This document shows positions 1 through 8,638 of a stretch of 64,000 bases of DNA, piece after piece. Positions within the stretch are counted from its first letter, which is position 1. Every line of letters starts with the position of its first letter. The notes below the pieces were generated by a model that had not been told where the DNA came from, made no database searches, and worked only from the letters and a program-made list of their open reading frames with translations. The DNA comes from Candidatus Omnitrophota bacterium. GTDB lineage: Bacteria > Omnitrophota > Gorgyraeia > Zapsychrales > Zapsychraceae. Both the position numbers and the translations under genes were made by a program. The stretch is taken from assembly GCA_050250375.1 (NCBI GenBank), contig JBFWOS010000001.1:407090-471089 (forward strand), read 5' to 3'.

Positions 1-606
1 AATGAAATCTTCATCTTTCTGTCGGTAAATTTTGTCGAGTTCAATAATCTCTAAACTGAGTAATTTATAGGACTTGGCATCAAAAAAATACGGGCTTGGA
101 TAAACTCCGTTAAAAATTGTCTGTTCCCTCTGGGTCACGACCGGCGGTAACTGGTAAAGATCCCCGAAAAAAATCATCTGAACGCCTCCGAAGGGTTCGT
201 TCTTTTTCTTTCCATACATCCTTAAGAAGGCATCAATACAATCCAACAGATCAGACCGGACCATTGAAATCTCATCAATGACAATGGCGTCTAAACTTTC
301 ATAAAGTCTTTTTTGTGACCGATGAAGGCGTATAGAGAAAACATTATCGGGTGTAATATCGGGACGAAAACAGAAAAAGGAATGGATGGTTTGCCCTTTG
401 ATGTTGACAGCCGCCACTCCGGTCGGCGCCAATACAACGATTTTTTTGGTTGTGTGTTCCCGAAAATACTGAAGAAGTGTGGATTTCCCCGTCCCGGCTT
501 TCCCGGTGACAAAGATATTCCTGATGTCATTTTCAAGCAAGTTATAACAAAACGCGAACTTTTCGTTAAAATCAAGATTTTGTTTGTCTTCAAACGTAGA
601 AATCAT
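1..606 (-). CDS. PIF1/RecD-like SF1B DNA helicase, N-terminal part (runs off window)
   Basis: Not in the ORF track. Manual translation from ATG 606: MISTFEDKQNLDFNEKF...IFVTGKAGTGKST (Walker A)...VLAPTGVAAVNIKGQTIHSFF...IVIDEISMVR (Walker B)...PFGGVQMIFFGDLYQLPPV...ELDKIYRQKD, the PIF1-family motif series. Confidence 0.9.
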   Translation of the reverse strand, partial: MISTFEDKQNLDFNEKFAFCYNLLENDIRNIFVTGKAGTGKSTLLQYFREHTTKKIVVLAPTGVAAVNIKGQTIHSFFCFRPDITPDNVFSIRLHRSQKRLYESLDAIVIDEISMVRSDLLDCIDAFLRMYGKKKNEPFGGVQMIFFGDLYQLPPVVTQREQTIFNGVYPSPYFFDAKSYKLLSLEIIELDKIYRQKDEDFI

Positions 607-609
607 TTT

Positions 610-1119
610 TTAATAATCAAGTAAAATTAAAGTTGCCAGGTTCACAATATCCTTATGCGTAAGCATGCCGCAGACTTTCTTATTACCTTTGACAATCGGG
701 ATACAACCGGTATTATGCCGGGTCATCGTTAAAACAGCTTCCGCTATACTGTCTTCAGGACTTAATGTCAGCGGATTCAAATGCATAATATCCTTAAGAC
801 GAAAACTATCCAGCGTTGTTTTATCATAAAAGAAATTCCCATCAATGACCATTTCATTGGAATAACCCATATAATTACCGGCTATAACCTTCCTCGGGGC
901 CAGAGTCTTATAAAGGTATTTATGCGTGATAATCCCGATCAATTGATCCAGCCGATTGACAACCGGAAGATAATATATTCCTTGCTGTACAAACAATTCT
1001 TCAGCTCGGCTTACAGCCTCATATTCATAAATTTTAACCACCGGCACGGTCATTATTTCTTTAATTTTGGTTTCTTTGAGAAGACGCTGTATGTAAACAA
1101 CCTCGTTCTTGAATTTCAT
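610..1119 (-). CDS. CBS-domain pair protein
   Basis: Two CBS repeats: IMTVPVV...LPVVNRLDQLIGIITHKYL and DIMHLNPLTL...GCIPIV...VCGMLTHKDIV. Confidence 0.85.
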   Translation of the reverse strand: MKFKNEVVYIQRLLKETKIKEIMTVPVVKIYEYEAVSRAEELFVQQGIYYLPVVNRLDQLIGIITHKYLYKTLAPRKVIAGNYMGYSNEMVIDGNFFYDKTTLDSFRLKDIMHLNPLTLSPEDSIAEAVLTMTRHNTGCIPIVKGNKKVCGMLTHKDIVNLATLILLDY

Positions 1120-1132
1120 GTTATCCCCCAGA

Positions 1133-1540
1133 TTATTTCGAAACCCAATTTCCGTTCTCTAACTGAACCTTTTCCCCGGCTTGAGCCTTTTCCCGCTGAA
1201 CACTTGCAAAGACTTTTTCAATCTTATTGATAGCTCCGCCCAATTGATTCTGCGAAGCGATCGTTTCATAAATTACCTTTCGATCTCTGTTTTCGGCTTC
1301 TATGACATCGACGATTTCAACTTTATGCTTCAAAACAGAAATATAACCCTGATTATTCTCACCGATCAATCCTTGTTTTTTTAAATCCTGGATTTGATCA
1401 TAACGGGAACGTCTGTTTTCCAATGCAACCGTCACTTCAGGCGTCATTTGTTTAATATTGTAATCGGCCGCATATGAATTTACCGGAATTGTCCCTAAAA
1501 TTAAAATTGTGTACAAAAACAAGAATGTATGCCGAACCAT
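1133..1540 (-). CDS. YdbL/DUF1318 family periplasmic protein
   Basis: Likely start MVRHT at 1540 with a GGAGG RBS; signal peptide ending AYA-like (SYAA); motifs KKQGLIGENNQGY, ENRDRKVIYETIA and GEKVQLENGNW are typical of YdbL. Confidence 0.8.
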   Translation of the reverse strand: MVRHTFLFLYTILILGTIPVNSYAADYNIKQMTPEVTVALENRRSRYDQIQDLKKQGLIGENNQGYISVLKHKVEIVDVIEAENRDRKVIYETIASQNQLGGAINKIEKVFASVQREKAQAGEKVQLENGNWVSK

Positions 1541-1550
1541 AAATTCCTCC

Positions 1551-1757
1551 TTAATTATTTTGTAAAGTGGTCTTTGGCTTTTCCCCACTGACATAATCTT
1601 CAATATTGGTGGCTGTTTTTTCAAGCCCTTTGATATCCAAAGTGATATGTGCGTTGATCGTGATCGGGCGGTCGGGATCACCGACCGCTTTAACTGTGCA
1701 GCCGTAAAATAACATGCATGCAAAAAACAAAGGCATTAACTTTTTACCTAGGAACAT
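1551..1757 (-). CDS. YnbE-like small lipoprotein
   Basis: Start MFLGKK at 1757; lipobox LFYG-C; PITINAHITLDI resembles the YnbE core; lies between a YdbH-like gene and ydbL. Confidence 0.7.
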   Translation of the reverse strand: MFLGKKLMPLFFACMLFYGCTVKAVGDPDRPITINAHITLDIKGLEKTATNIEDYVSGEKPKTTLQNN

Positions 1758-2808
1758 TAAACCCTCCCGTTTTAAGAAACCGTTCAATCCCTAAAAGTGA
1801 TTCTAACAAATCACGATCAATATTAATATCAAATGTGTAGTTTGGTTTGAGATTATATTTTCTGATTTTCATTTCGACTTTGGCTTCAATTACCTTTTGG
1901 TTGGCATTCTTAGCGTTCAAAATGATATAATCCGCCGTAAGAAATCTGTTTTGTTTGATGACATCCTTCAAATCTTTAGACAGCACCACCGAATACGCTG
2001 GCACAAAATCAATCATCCACCCGACCACCCATGCCTTAATTTCGGCCCCTGCCTCAGATTCCATCACTAACACAAAAGATTCTATATTCTGGGCATCCCC
2101 TGTTAATCTTAAAGTGCCGGATATTAGACCACGAAAATTGGAATAAAGTTCCCCATAAACTTCATTTAAGCGCTCTGAACTAATGTGGTCGAATCGCAGC
2201 CCAACTTGATATGGGAACGAGGAAATGTTTTCTAAAGATATTTCCCCGCCTAATTTCCCACCATAAAAAGATGCATCACTAAGGTCAAAATTAAGACGGT
2301 TTAAATCTCCTGAAATTTTAATATCGGCATCACTGATGAGGTATTCAAGTGCTTTACCTTGGCTTATAAATATTCTTCCTGTGAGACCGATTGTCTGGTC
2401 TCTTCTGTGAACGGCTGAGAATTCCAAATCCGAATAATTAATATCAAGATCTTCTGTTGAAAAAGAACGCACCGAGACCGAAACGTCGAGATGGCCGCGT
2501 TTCGCCAAAAACCGAACAATACCAATAAGGTCTAAGTTGATTAATCCAATTTCGTGCTTCTTATTCTGAAGCGTAACTGTTGTTTCAACATTCTTAAATT
2601 TAAATTGGTCGGGGAATTTATATTCCGCCCTGCCAACCCTCAATTCATCAATGTGTGTATTTGGATACAACGATTCAACAAGGCGCGGAACAATTATCTG
2701 ATAAAAATAGGGCCGATTCAAAAGAACATAAAGTAATCCGGCTATGACAAATGCCCCTAAGAATATGCCTAGCACGAATTTAAAGCAATTCTTAAAAAAA
2801 ACCGTCAT
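1744..2808 (-). CDS. Short YdbH/AsmA-like membrane-anchored beta-rich protein
   Basis: N-terminal TM anchor; FYGGKLGGEISL and GLISGTLRLTG repeats typical of AsmA-like beta-grooves; synteny with ynbE/ydbL-like genes. Confidence 0.6.
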   Translation of the reverse strand: MTVFFKNCFKFVLGIFLGAFVIAGLLYVLLNRPYFYQIIVPRLVESLYPNTHIDELRVGRAEYKFPDQFKFKNVETTVTLQNKKHEIGLINLDLIGIVRFLAKRGHLDVSVSVRSFSTEDLDINYSDLEFSAVHRRDQTIGLTGRIFISQGKALEYLISDADIKISGDLNRLNFDLSDASFYGGKLGGEISLENISSFPYQVGLRFDHISSERLNEVYGELYSNFRGLISGTLRLTGDAQNIESFVLVMESEAGAEIKAWVVGWMIDFVPAYSVVLSKDLKDVIKQNRFLTADYIILNAKNANQKVIEAKVEMKIRKYNLKPNYTFDINIDRDLLESLLGIERFLKTGGFNVPR

Positions 2809-2813
2809 GCAGG

Positions 2814-4349
2814 TTAAAACCCATTATCTTTAGCTTTATCCCGGGCTTTATCAAAATCCGACATAACAGTGTCTTGACGGACTTTTTGTTTTTCTAGATC
2901 TGGCCGATTTATGGTCGCTTGAACATTAACATTCTTAGGCGTCGTCATCTTTTGCCCTACAGACTCCATTTGCTTAATTTCTTGGATTGGATTTTCCGGT
3001 TGAACAGCGACAGGCTCTTGCTTGGGAGCCACGACGACCTGTTGTTTCTGGTCCTGATAAATATCTTTAATACCGACCGTTCTGCGCCTTTCTTCAAGAC
3101 TGTATCTGTAGTTTAGATAATTAGCATTCAGATTAGCGGCATACACGCGGTCTTCAACGAGTTTCTTGATATCTACCTCTAATAAGGCGGCGACATTTCG
3201 AAGGAATGATCTGTATTCAAATGAACGATGTCGGGACATTTGTACCAACTGCTTGTCAATTTCTACCAACTGATCAAAATAAGTCTTTTTCTCTATCTTG
3301 TTTTCACCCAGAATAGCAAAAAAATCATTGAACTTGGCCAGTTTATTCTTGTCTATTTTCTCAATTAACTCGCTTAACTGTTGTTGTTCTTCTTCAATCC
3401 GCTGCGATAATCGCTGCGAATTGGTCTGAATATTTTCGAGGATTGTCCTCTCTTCAATTTGCAGCTCTTGGTGAAGCTGTATCAAATCATTCAGGTCTTT
3501 GGGTGTAATCTTGACAAGTTTCTGGACAAGATCATTATACTGCCTGCGAAAATATTCGTCCTGCTGTTCAACATACGTTTCATTGACATCACCGAATATG
3601 ACCTGCTCACTATTGACGCCTCTGGACTTTTGGACGATTTTAACGGCGTTGACAAATCGCGGCGTTAATTCTTGCTGAAAATCAATTAACACTTCGTTGA
3701 GAAATACCTGGGCTTGTTTTACATTCGCGGCAAGACACTCTTCATCAGACTGACAGTTGTTAATAGGAATCAGCCTTTTCTGGACAAATGTTTGATTAAT
3801 GAATTCGACCAACTCGGCTATATCTTTCTGGGACACGCCCCAATCTTTATTTCCGTTGAGAGCGTATATTTTTTCCTTAATCTTCTCATAATTCTTCTCA
3901 CGAATCATAAGATTATTGACATTATATGTTTCCGTCAACAGTTGTCCAAGCTGGTCTAGCTCCGGCTTATAAGCCGAGAACTCCTCCCGTTCCTTTTTGA
4001 TTTCCTCTGCAAATAATTCAGCTACCTTCAGTGCTTTATCCTCCAAACCAATTAGCTGGGATATAATCGCATTGCGTTCCTGGAGCAATTTTTGACGTTG
4101 ATCCTTAAACTCAGATAATTTATTCAATAATTGGGCTAAGTGAAACTCTGCACCTTCCTGGAAGGTTGCATATTTAGATACCGTGGTCTTGTTTGGGTCA
4201 ACAACATTCTCATTATTTCCCAAACCGCCATAGTCCAATAACCGTGAAATCGGGCTTTCCCCGGTCTTTTCAGTGATATACTGATCGTATGTAAAGACTC
4301 CAATAACTATAAAAATTATTAACAAAACTAATAAGGTTTTATCTCCCAT
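2814..4349 (-). CDS. Hypothetical membrane-anchored coiled-coil protein (511 aa)
   Basis: N-terminal hydrophobic helix; long E/Q/K/L-rich helical sequence; ends 5 bp before the next gene. Confidence 0.7.
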   Translation of the reverse strand: MGDKTLLVLLIIFIVIGVFTYDQYITEKTGESPISRLLDYGGLGNNENVVDPNKTTVSKYATFQEGAEFHLAQLLNKLSEFKDQRQKLLQERNAIISQLIGLEDKALKVAELFAEEIKKEREEFSAYKPELDQLGQLLTETYNVNNLMIREKNYEKIKEKIYALNGNKDWGVSQKDIAELVEFINQTFVQKRLIPINNCQSDEECLAANVKQAQVFLNEVLIDFQQELTPRFVNAVKIVQKSRGVNSEQVIFGDVNETYVEQQDEYFRRQYNDLVQKLVKITPKDLNDLIQLHQELQIEERTILENIQTNSQRLSQRIEEEQQQLSELIEKIDKNKLAKFNDFFAILGENKIEKKTYFDQLVEIDKQLVQMSRHRSFEYRSFLRNVAALLEVDIKKLVEDRVYAANLNANYLNYRYSLEERRRTVGIKDIYQDQKQQVVVAPKQEPVAVQPENPIQEIKQMESVGQKMTTPKNVNVQATINRPDLEKQKVRQDTVMSDFDKARDKAKDNGF

Positions 4350-4529
4350 GTAAATTATTCCTATTAATAGTATTAGCGTTAAATTTTATAGATATTGTAC
4401 ATTACTTTATCGAATTCCTCAACCAATCAATATGACCCTCCCCCAAATATCCCGCTGCCATTTTATCCCTTTAATAAGAATGATTAATCTGTCTCTTACA
4501 ATTCGTTTGTGATCCCATGCACCTTAAAA

Positions 4530-5144
4530 TTAAAAAGACGCACCTGAAGATTTTAGAAATTCGATTTCCGTTGATGTTGAACGCCGTTTCAGCACATCAT
4601 TTCGGTGAGGGAATCGCTCAAATTTCAAAATGATATCATGATGACGTTTGGCAAAATCATATACATTGGTAAAATATTCAATATTCCGAGGATCTTGCGT
4701 TTGGGCAGCATCAACCAAATTCTTAAAATATATTATGGATTTTTTCTGAATCATTAAGTTTTCCGAATGCATCATCGGCATATAAAGAAATTGCCGCTGG
4801 ATTAAGCTTAATTCTTCATCATAACTGTCTTTAATCGCGATCAGACAACTCTCAAGGGCCTGGAGATCTGTATCAAAAGCCTTTTCGGATCCACGGAAAA
4901 TGTTCCTTGAAAGTTGATCCAAAAGAATAATCAGGGCGAGGGCCCCAACGGATGAATCCATCCAAGACGAACACTTTCCTTTGCGCGCTTTAGTTAAATC
5001 GGAATTGAATTTATTTTTGATTTCTCGATCAATCTCTTCATCCTTAGAGAACCATCGCGCTTTTACAGGTAAATCATCGGTTAAAACCGTTTCTTCCGTA
5101 ATCCCATCAAACCAATAATCTAGTATGGCTGCTACACGTTCCAT
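4530..5144 (-). CDS. DUF924 family protein
   Basis: ILDYWF...WF, LALIILLDQLSRNIFRG, FLYMPMMHSE, FERFPHRNDVLKRRSTSTEIEFL. Confidence 0.9.
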   Translation of the reverse strand: MERVAAILDYWFDGITEETVLTDDLPVKARWFSKDEEIDREIKNKFNSDLTKARKGKCSSWMDSSVGALALIILLDQLSRNIFRGSEKAFDTDLQALESCLIAIKDSYDEELSLIQRQFLYMPMMHSENLMIQKKSIIYFKNLVDAAQTQDPRNIEYFTNVYDFAKRHHDIILKFERFPHRNDVLKRRSTSTEIEFLKSSGASF

Positions 5145-5189
5145 TGTTGCTTCCTTCGTCTACATTTATTGTCGGGTTAATTTCAAATT

Positions 5190-5450
5190 TACAATAGTGT
5201 GGCACTAAATTACAAAAATGATATGAGCAAACCAACCTAGTTCGTAAGTCGTTACGAACACAGAATGTTCATTCTGGAGCCACCCGGCTTTAATTACAGT
5301 AACTAAATTCTTCCGGGCTGTCAACTCCGTTAGAATCAATCTCGCACTAATAATTTTTGATACACCCACAGAATGCCAGAGTTCTGTGTGAACGGACAAA
5401 CGGCAAAAAAAACATCCCCCCTGATCCACGAGTGATTCAAGAATTATTAT
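5190..5450 (-). ncRNA. Candidate structured RNA or long 5' leader of unknown family
   Basis: Several stem-loops, e.g. gttcgtaa-gtcg-ttacgaac, cagaat-gttc-attctg, cccgg...ccggg and cacagaa...ttctgtg; lies downstream of a sigma70-like promoter. Boundaries approximate. Confidence 0.4.
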
Positions 5451-5456
5451 CCAAAG

Positions 5457-5484
5457 ATTTTAATACAGTGAAGATTTTTGTCAA
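5457..5484 (-). promoter_or_regulatory. sigma70-like promoter
   Basis: TTGACA (5484-5479), 16-nt spacer, TAAAAT (5462-5457). Confidence 0.55.
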
Positions 5485-5497
5485 GTAAACCAAATAT

Positions 5498-5521
5498 GGG
5501 GCCGATATTGACATCGGCCCC
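5498..5521 (-). terminator. Hairpin terminator after the 5541-5816 gene
   Basis: ggggccgat-attgac-atcggcccc is a perfect 9-bp stem, followed on the minus strand by ATATTTGGTTT. Confidence 0.65.
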
Positions 5522-5540
5522 GAGAAGGTTAGCAGACTCC

Positions 5541-5816
5541 CTAATCCATAGGGAATGTAACGATGTCCATTAAACCGCCTCCAATATCTTTGAGCATAAA
5601 AAACGGAGATTCAATCAACCCTTTGGTAAAACCAATGGTCGTTGAATGATGTTCATTCATTTCCGTTTTTGTATGGTCATAGATGGCCAGAGGTGATTTA
5701 ACGATTTTGACCACACCTGATGTAAGCTTTTCTACTGGAGCGGGTAAAGCAAAAGCAGGTGCAGCCACCATGAAAACAAACGCAAACGCGGTAAAAACTG
5801 ACAATACCTTTCTCAT
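5541..5816 (-). CDS. Small secreted protein resembling the TIGR04073 (exosortase-system-associated) family
   Basis: Strong RBS; signal peptide ending AFA; pattern EKLxxGxxxI...G..KG...GxxDIVTFP resembles TIGR04073 (recalled similarity, not searched). Confidence 0.55.
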   Translation of the reverse strand: MRKVLSVFTAFAFVFMVAAPAFALPAPVEKLTSGVVKIVKSPLAIYDHTKTEMNEHHSTTIGFTKGLIESPFFMLKDIGGGLMDIVTFPMD

Positions 5817-6031
5817 CCTCCTCACCTCCTTTTTTGCATCAACTTATCCTGATTGGACAGGACAAATTGAGCTTAAAAAAAGACTTGGATCATCTAAAGT
5901 AAGTATGCCATATTTAAAGACTTAGAACCAAGAAATTGTTAATTAATTCTACAATTTTCTATTAAAATATGACTATATATAACATATCATGCCATTTGTT
6001 AACATTATATAAGTATTTATATAATTATACT

Positions 6032-7174
6032 TTATTGGCTGAACTGATTTAATATGGTCACGACCTTTTTAATTTCTTGGCCTGTATTGTAAATATGCGG
6101 GGAAAGTCGAATATTTCCTTTCCAGAGGGCAGGATGAATCTTATTAATTGCCAGCGCCTTAACAACAGCCTCGTTCTGAGTTGAGTCTCGGTGGGAAAAA
6201 ACAAACAGGTTCGTTCTTTTTTCAGGGGTAATCGGACTGATGATCCCATACTTTGATTGATCCAAATATTCAATCAGATAGTTGATCAAGAATTGGTTAT
6301 GCTCTTGAACCTGATTTAGGCCAATATCCAGCCAATATCGAATCGCGGCCGTTAGTGGAACAAAATTAAAAAAATTTGCTGTTCCAAAGGTATCATATTT
6401 TCTGGCTGAATCCTGCGCCTTAAAAGATATTGGCCCTTCACTTTTTAACTCCTCTTCAGACAGATATGAAGACCAATACGCTTGATTAGAATCCAATTGA
6501 CGCCGGAATTCATCTTTAATCCAACAAAATCCTGTGCCATATGGACCACATAACCACTTGTAACCCACTGCCACCACAGCATCAACATTCATAGCAGTTA
6601 CGTTCAGAGGCATATTCCCGAGCGACTGGACGATGTTTAAAACAAATCGAATGTTATTCTTTTGGCACAACTTAGAGACCCCTTCTACATCCAACTGATG
6701 CCCGCTAAAAGAATGCACATGTGATAAACAGATCAGACGGGTCTGAGGAGTAATCTCTCTTTGTATTTCCTCCGGAAACAGTATCCGTTCCTTTGGTTTG
6801 ATTTGCTTTACAATCACACCTTTTTGCTGCAAACCAAGCCAAGGAATTATATTGGATGGAAAATCATTCTGCATGACGAGCACCTCATCCCCTGCCTGCC
6901 ATTGAATGCCATTCGCCAAGATGTGCAGCCCATAGCTGGCACTCGACCCAAGTATCACGTCCCTGCTTTCAACATTGATTAATTCGGCGATATTCTTTTT
7001 TAATTCCAGAGGTACTTTGATAAATTTAGGAATATCCAGCTGATAGACTGCACTTTTCCAATAAATGGCCTCCTTTAAAGCCTCTTCGGCCACCTTTGGA
7101 AGCGGACCTTCGCTAGCCGCATTGAGCCAGATAACATCTTTAAAATCATAAAAATCATGTTTATATGAATTCAT
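6032..7174 (-). CDS. Class V PLP-dependent aminotransferase-fold enzyme
   Basis: IWLNAASEGPLP, GYKWLCGPYGTG (PLP lysine), IRLSPHIYNT; no C-terminal persulfide Cys motif. Confidence 0.85.
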   Translation of the reverse strand: MNSYKHDFYDFKDVIWLNAASEGPLPKVAEEALKEAIYWKSAVYQLDIPKFIKVPLELKKNIAELINVESRDVILGSSASYGLHILANGIQWQAGDEVLVMQNDFPSNIIPWLGLQQKGVIVKQIKPKERILFPEEIQREITPQTRLICLSHVHSFSGHQLDVEGVSKLCQKNNIRFVLNIVQSLGNMPLNVTAMNVDAVVAVGYKWLCGPYGTGFCWIKDEFRRQLDSNQAYWSSYLSEEELKSEGPISFKAQDSARKYDTFGTANFFNFVPLTAAIRYWLDIGLNQVQEHNQFLINYLIEYLDQSKYGIISPITPEKRTNLFVFSHRDSTQNEAVVKALAINKIHPALWKGNIRLSPHIYNTGQEIKKVVTILNQFSQ

Positions 7175-7467
7175 TAGTTTTCTTCAACAATCTCAAGAGT
7201 AGTTTTGTTTAAATAATCGAGGAATCTTTTAAAAAAAATAAACCAGAGCGTCAGCAATATAATGTTAATTATGAAACGCATTCTTGGCTCATGGACCACG
7301 AACGTGTTAGTGACAATAAATAAAGCGATATAGATGCCTGGTCTTGTAATTTGTTTATACTCTGTAGGTTCATACCGCAATGATCCCCCACACTGCTGAC
7401 ATTCCAAGATTCCATTCATTAATTGTTTAACAGATAGGTTGGATTTACAACGGGGGCAAATAGCCAT
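7174..7467 (-). CDS. Zinc-ribbon plus two-TM small protein
   Basis: CPRC...CQQC followed by two hydrophobic helices; stop overlaps the next gene's start. Confidence 0.65.
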   Translation of the reverse strand: MAICPRCKSNLSVKQLMNGILECQQCGGSLRYEPTEYKQITRPGIYIALFIVTNTFVVHEPRMRFIINIILLTLWFIFFKRFLDYLNKTTLEIVEEN

Positions 7468-7509
7468 GCAGATCAACAGCCTGATTTGATAGAATTAATG
7501 AGACAAAAG

Positions 7510-7788
7510 TTATTCATGTTCCATATTTTTATGATAAATACTTTCCGCCAGTTCACTGACGTCTGCCCGGGCCTTTTGTCTTGGTGTTTTGAAAATCCAA
7601 CGATAGACTTCTACAGCCAGATCCAGCTCACCTTCAATAATTAAACGACGGACATCAAACATGGTCGCCTTCCCTTTTTCCGGAAAAATACCTTTTCTCC
7701 GGGCCTGATTCAACGACCATATCCAGCGGGATCGTATTAAAATATAAAAACAGGCGGAAAGAATTAGCAACGCATATAATATAGTCAT
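7510..7788 (-). CDS. Small membrane protein with an L7/L12 C-terminal-like motif
   Basis: N-terminal TM helix; AVEVYRWIFKTPRQKARADV resembles AIKxxRxxxxxxLKEAKxxV. Confidence 0.55.
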   Translation of the reverse strand: MTILYALLILSACFYILIRSRWIWSLNQARRKGIFPEKGKATMFDVRRLIIEGELDLAVEVYRWIFKTPRQKARADVSELAESIYHKNMEHE

Positions 7789-7797
7789 ATCATTTCC

Positions 7798-8166
7798 CTA
7801 CTGGTTGTCGCCCAGACATTCTTTTATCCGAATAACTAGCTGGCCGATATCAACGGGTTTGACGTAATATTGTTTTATCCCTTCCAACTTAAAAACCTGC
7901 TCCATCGTTTCATTGGCGGTAAGAATAATCACCGGTGTTTGTGAACATCCGTCCAGACTTTTCATTTCTTGCATAAATTCATACCCATTAAGCTTCGGAA
8001 GTCCGATATCCAAGACAACCAAATCCGGCTTATCTGACTTAAGCAGTTCTAATCCTATATCGCCGTCCGTGGCGGTAATAACATCATAATGATTGGCTGA
8101 TAATCCGAACTTAATTAATGATAAACTTACCCGTTCATCATCGACCACAAGTATTTTATGAGACAT
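7798..8166 (-). CDS. Single-domain response regulator (receiver)
   Basis: ILVVDDE, PDLVVLDIGLP (phospho-Asp), VIILTA, YVKP. Confidence 0.92.
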   Translation of the reverse strand: MSHKILVVDDERVSLSLIKFGLSANHYDVITATDGDIGLELLKSDKPDLVVLDIGLPKLNGYEFMQEMKSLDGCSQTPVIILTANETMEQVFKLEGIKQYYVKPVDIGQLVIRIKECLGDNQ

Positions 8167-8281
8167 CTTCTTCCTTTGCTCAAATTCATTAACATTTTAT
8201 ACAAATCTTCAGGAACAAACCAGAGAAAAAAAACATTGCTTTCGCTTTTTCCTCAATTAGAATATCTTAAAGGAGAAAAAT

Positions 8282-8638
8282 ATGGTTTTTAAAGATTTCG
8301 TCCAAAAACTAAAATATCTTGATCACCTGGCAGCCCGCTGGCTGTTAAGACACTTTTATTTCACATTTTTCCAACTGGTTCTTCTTGTCATTTTCGTTTT
8401 CTGGTTCAAGAACCTCTTGAATGTTATTGATATCAATCTGCGACAGACGGATAAAACGTTCGTCGAGGCCATTTTAACCACCCAGAACGTAAATTCAACG
8501 ATTATTGTTGTTCTTCTGTTATTAAATTCTTTCTGGATGTTATATATATTGAATGCGATGCAACGATATGCAAATCTCCTCAAAGACATCAGTTACAACA
8601 TTAACCGCCTGAGAAATACACAAAAAAAGCCGCACTAA
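8282..8638 (+). CDS. Hypothetical two-TM membrane protein
   Basis: AAGGAG RBS before the ATG; two hydrophobic segments; converges on ftsA with a 4-bp overlap. Confidence 0.75.
   Translation: MVFKDFVQKLKYLDHLAARWLLRHFYFTFFQLVLLVIFVFWFKNLLNVIDINLRQTDKTFVEAILTTQNVNSTIIVVLLLLNSFWMLYILNAMQRYANLLKDISYNINRLRNTQKKPH

Noticed and set aside
291-624. ORF-track calls 291-593(-) and 322-624(+)
   Set aside because: Shadows of the PIF1-like helicase frame (606 to <1).
5220-5325. c-di-GMP-I riboswitch-like fragments on the + strand (GCAAACC, GCCACCCGG, CCGGGCTGTC)
   Set aside because: Lacks the GAAA tetraloop and GACGCAAA core, and there is no downstream + strand gene.
5205-5429. 74-aa ORF (MDQGGCFF...)
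   Set aside because: GTG start without an RBS and no recognisable motif; the region is better explained as structured non-coding sequence.
5930-6031. AT-rich stretch with ttatataa repeats as an origin or operator
   Set aside because: No DnaA boxes seen; low complexity is a sufficient explanation.
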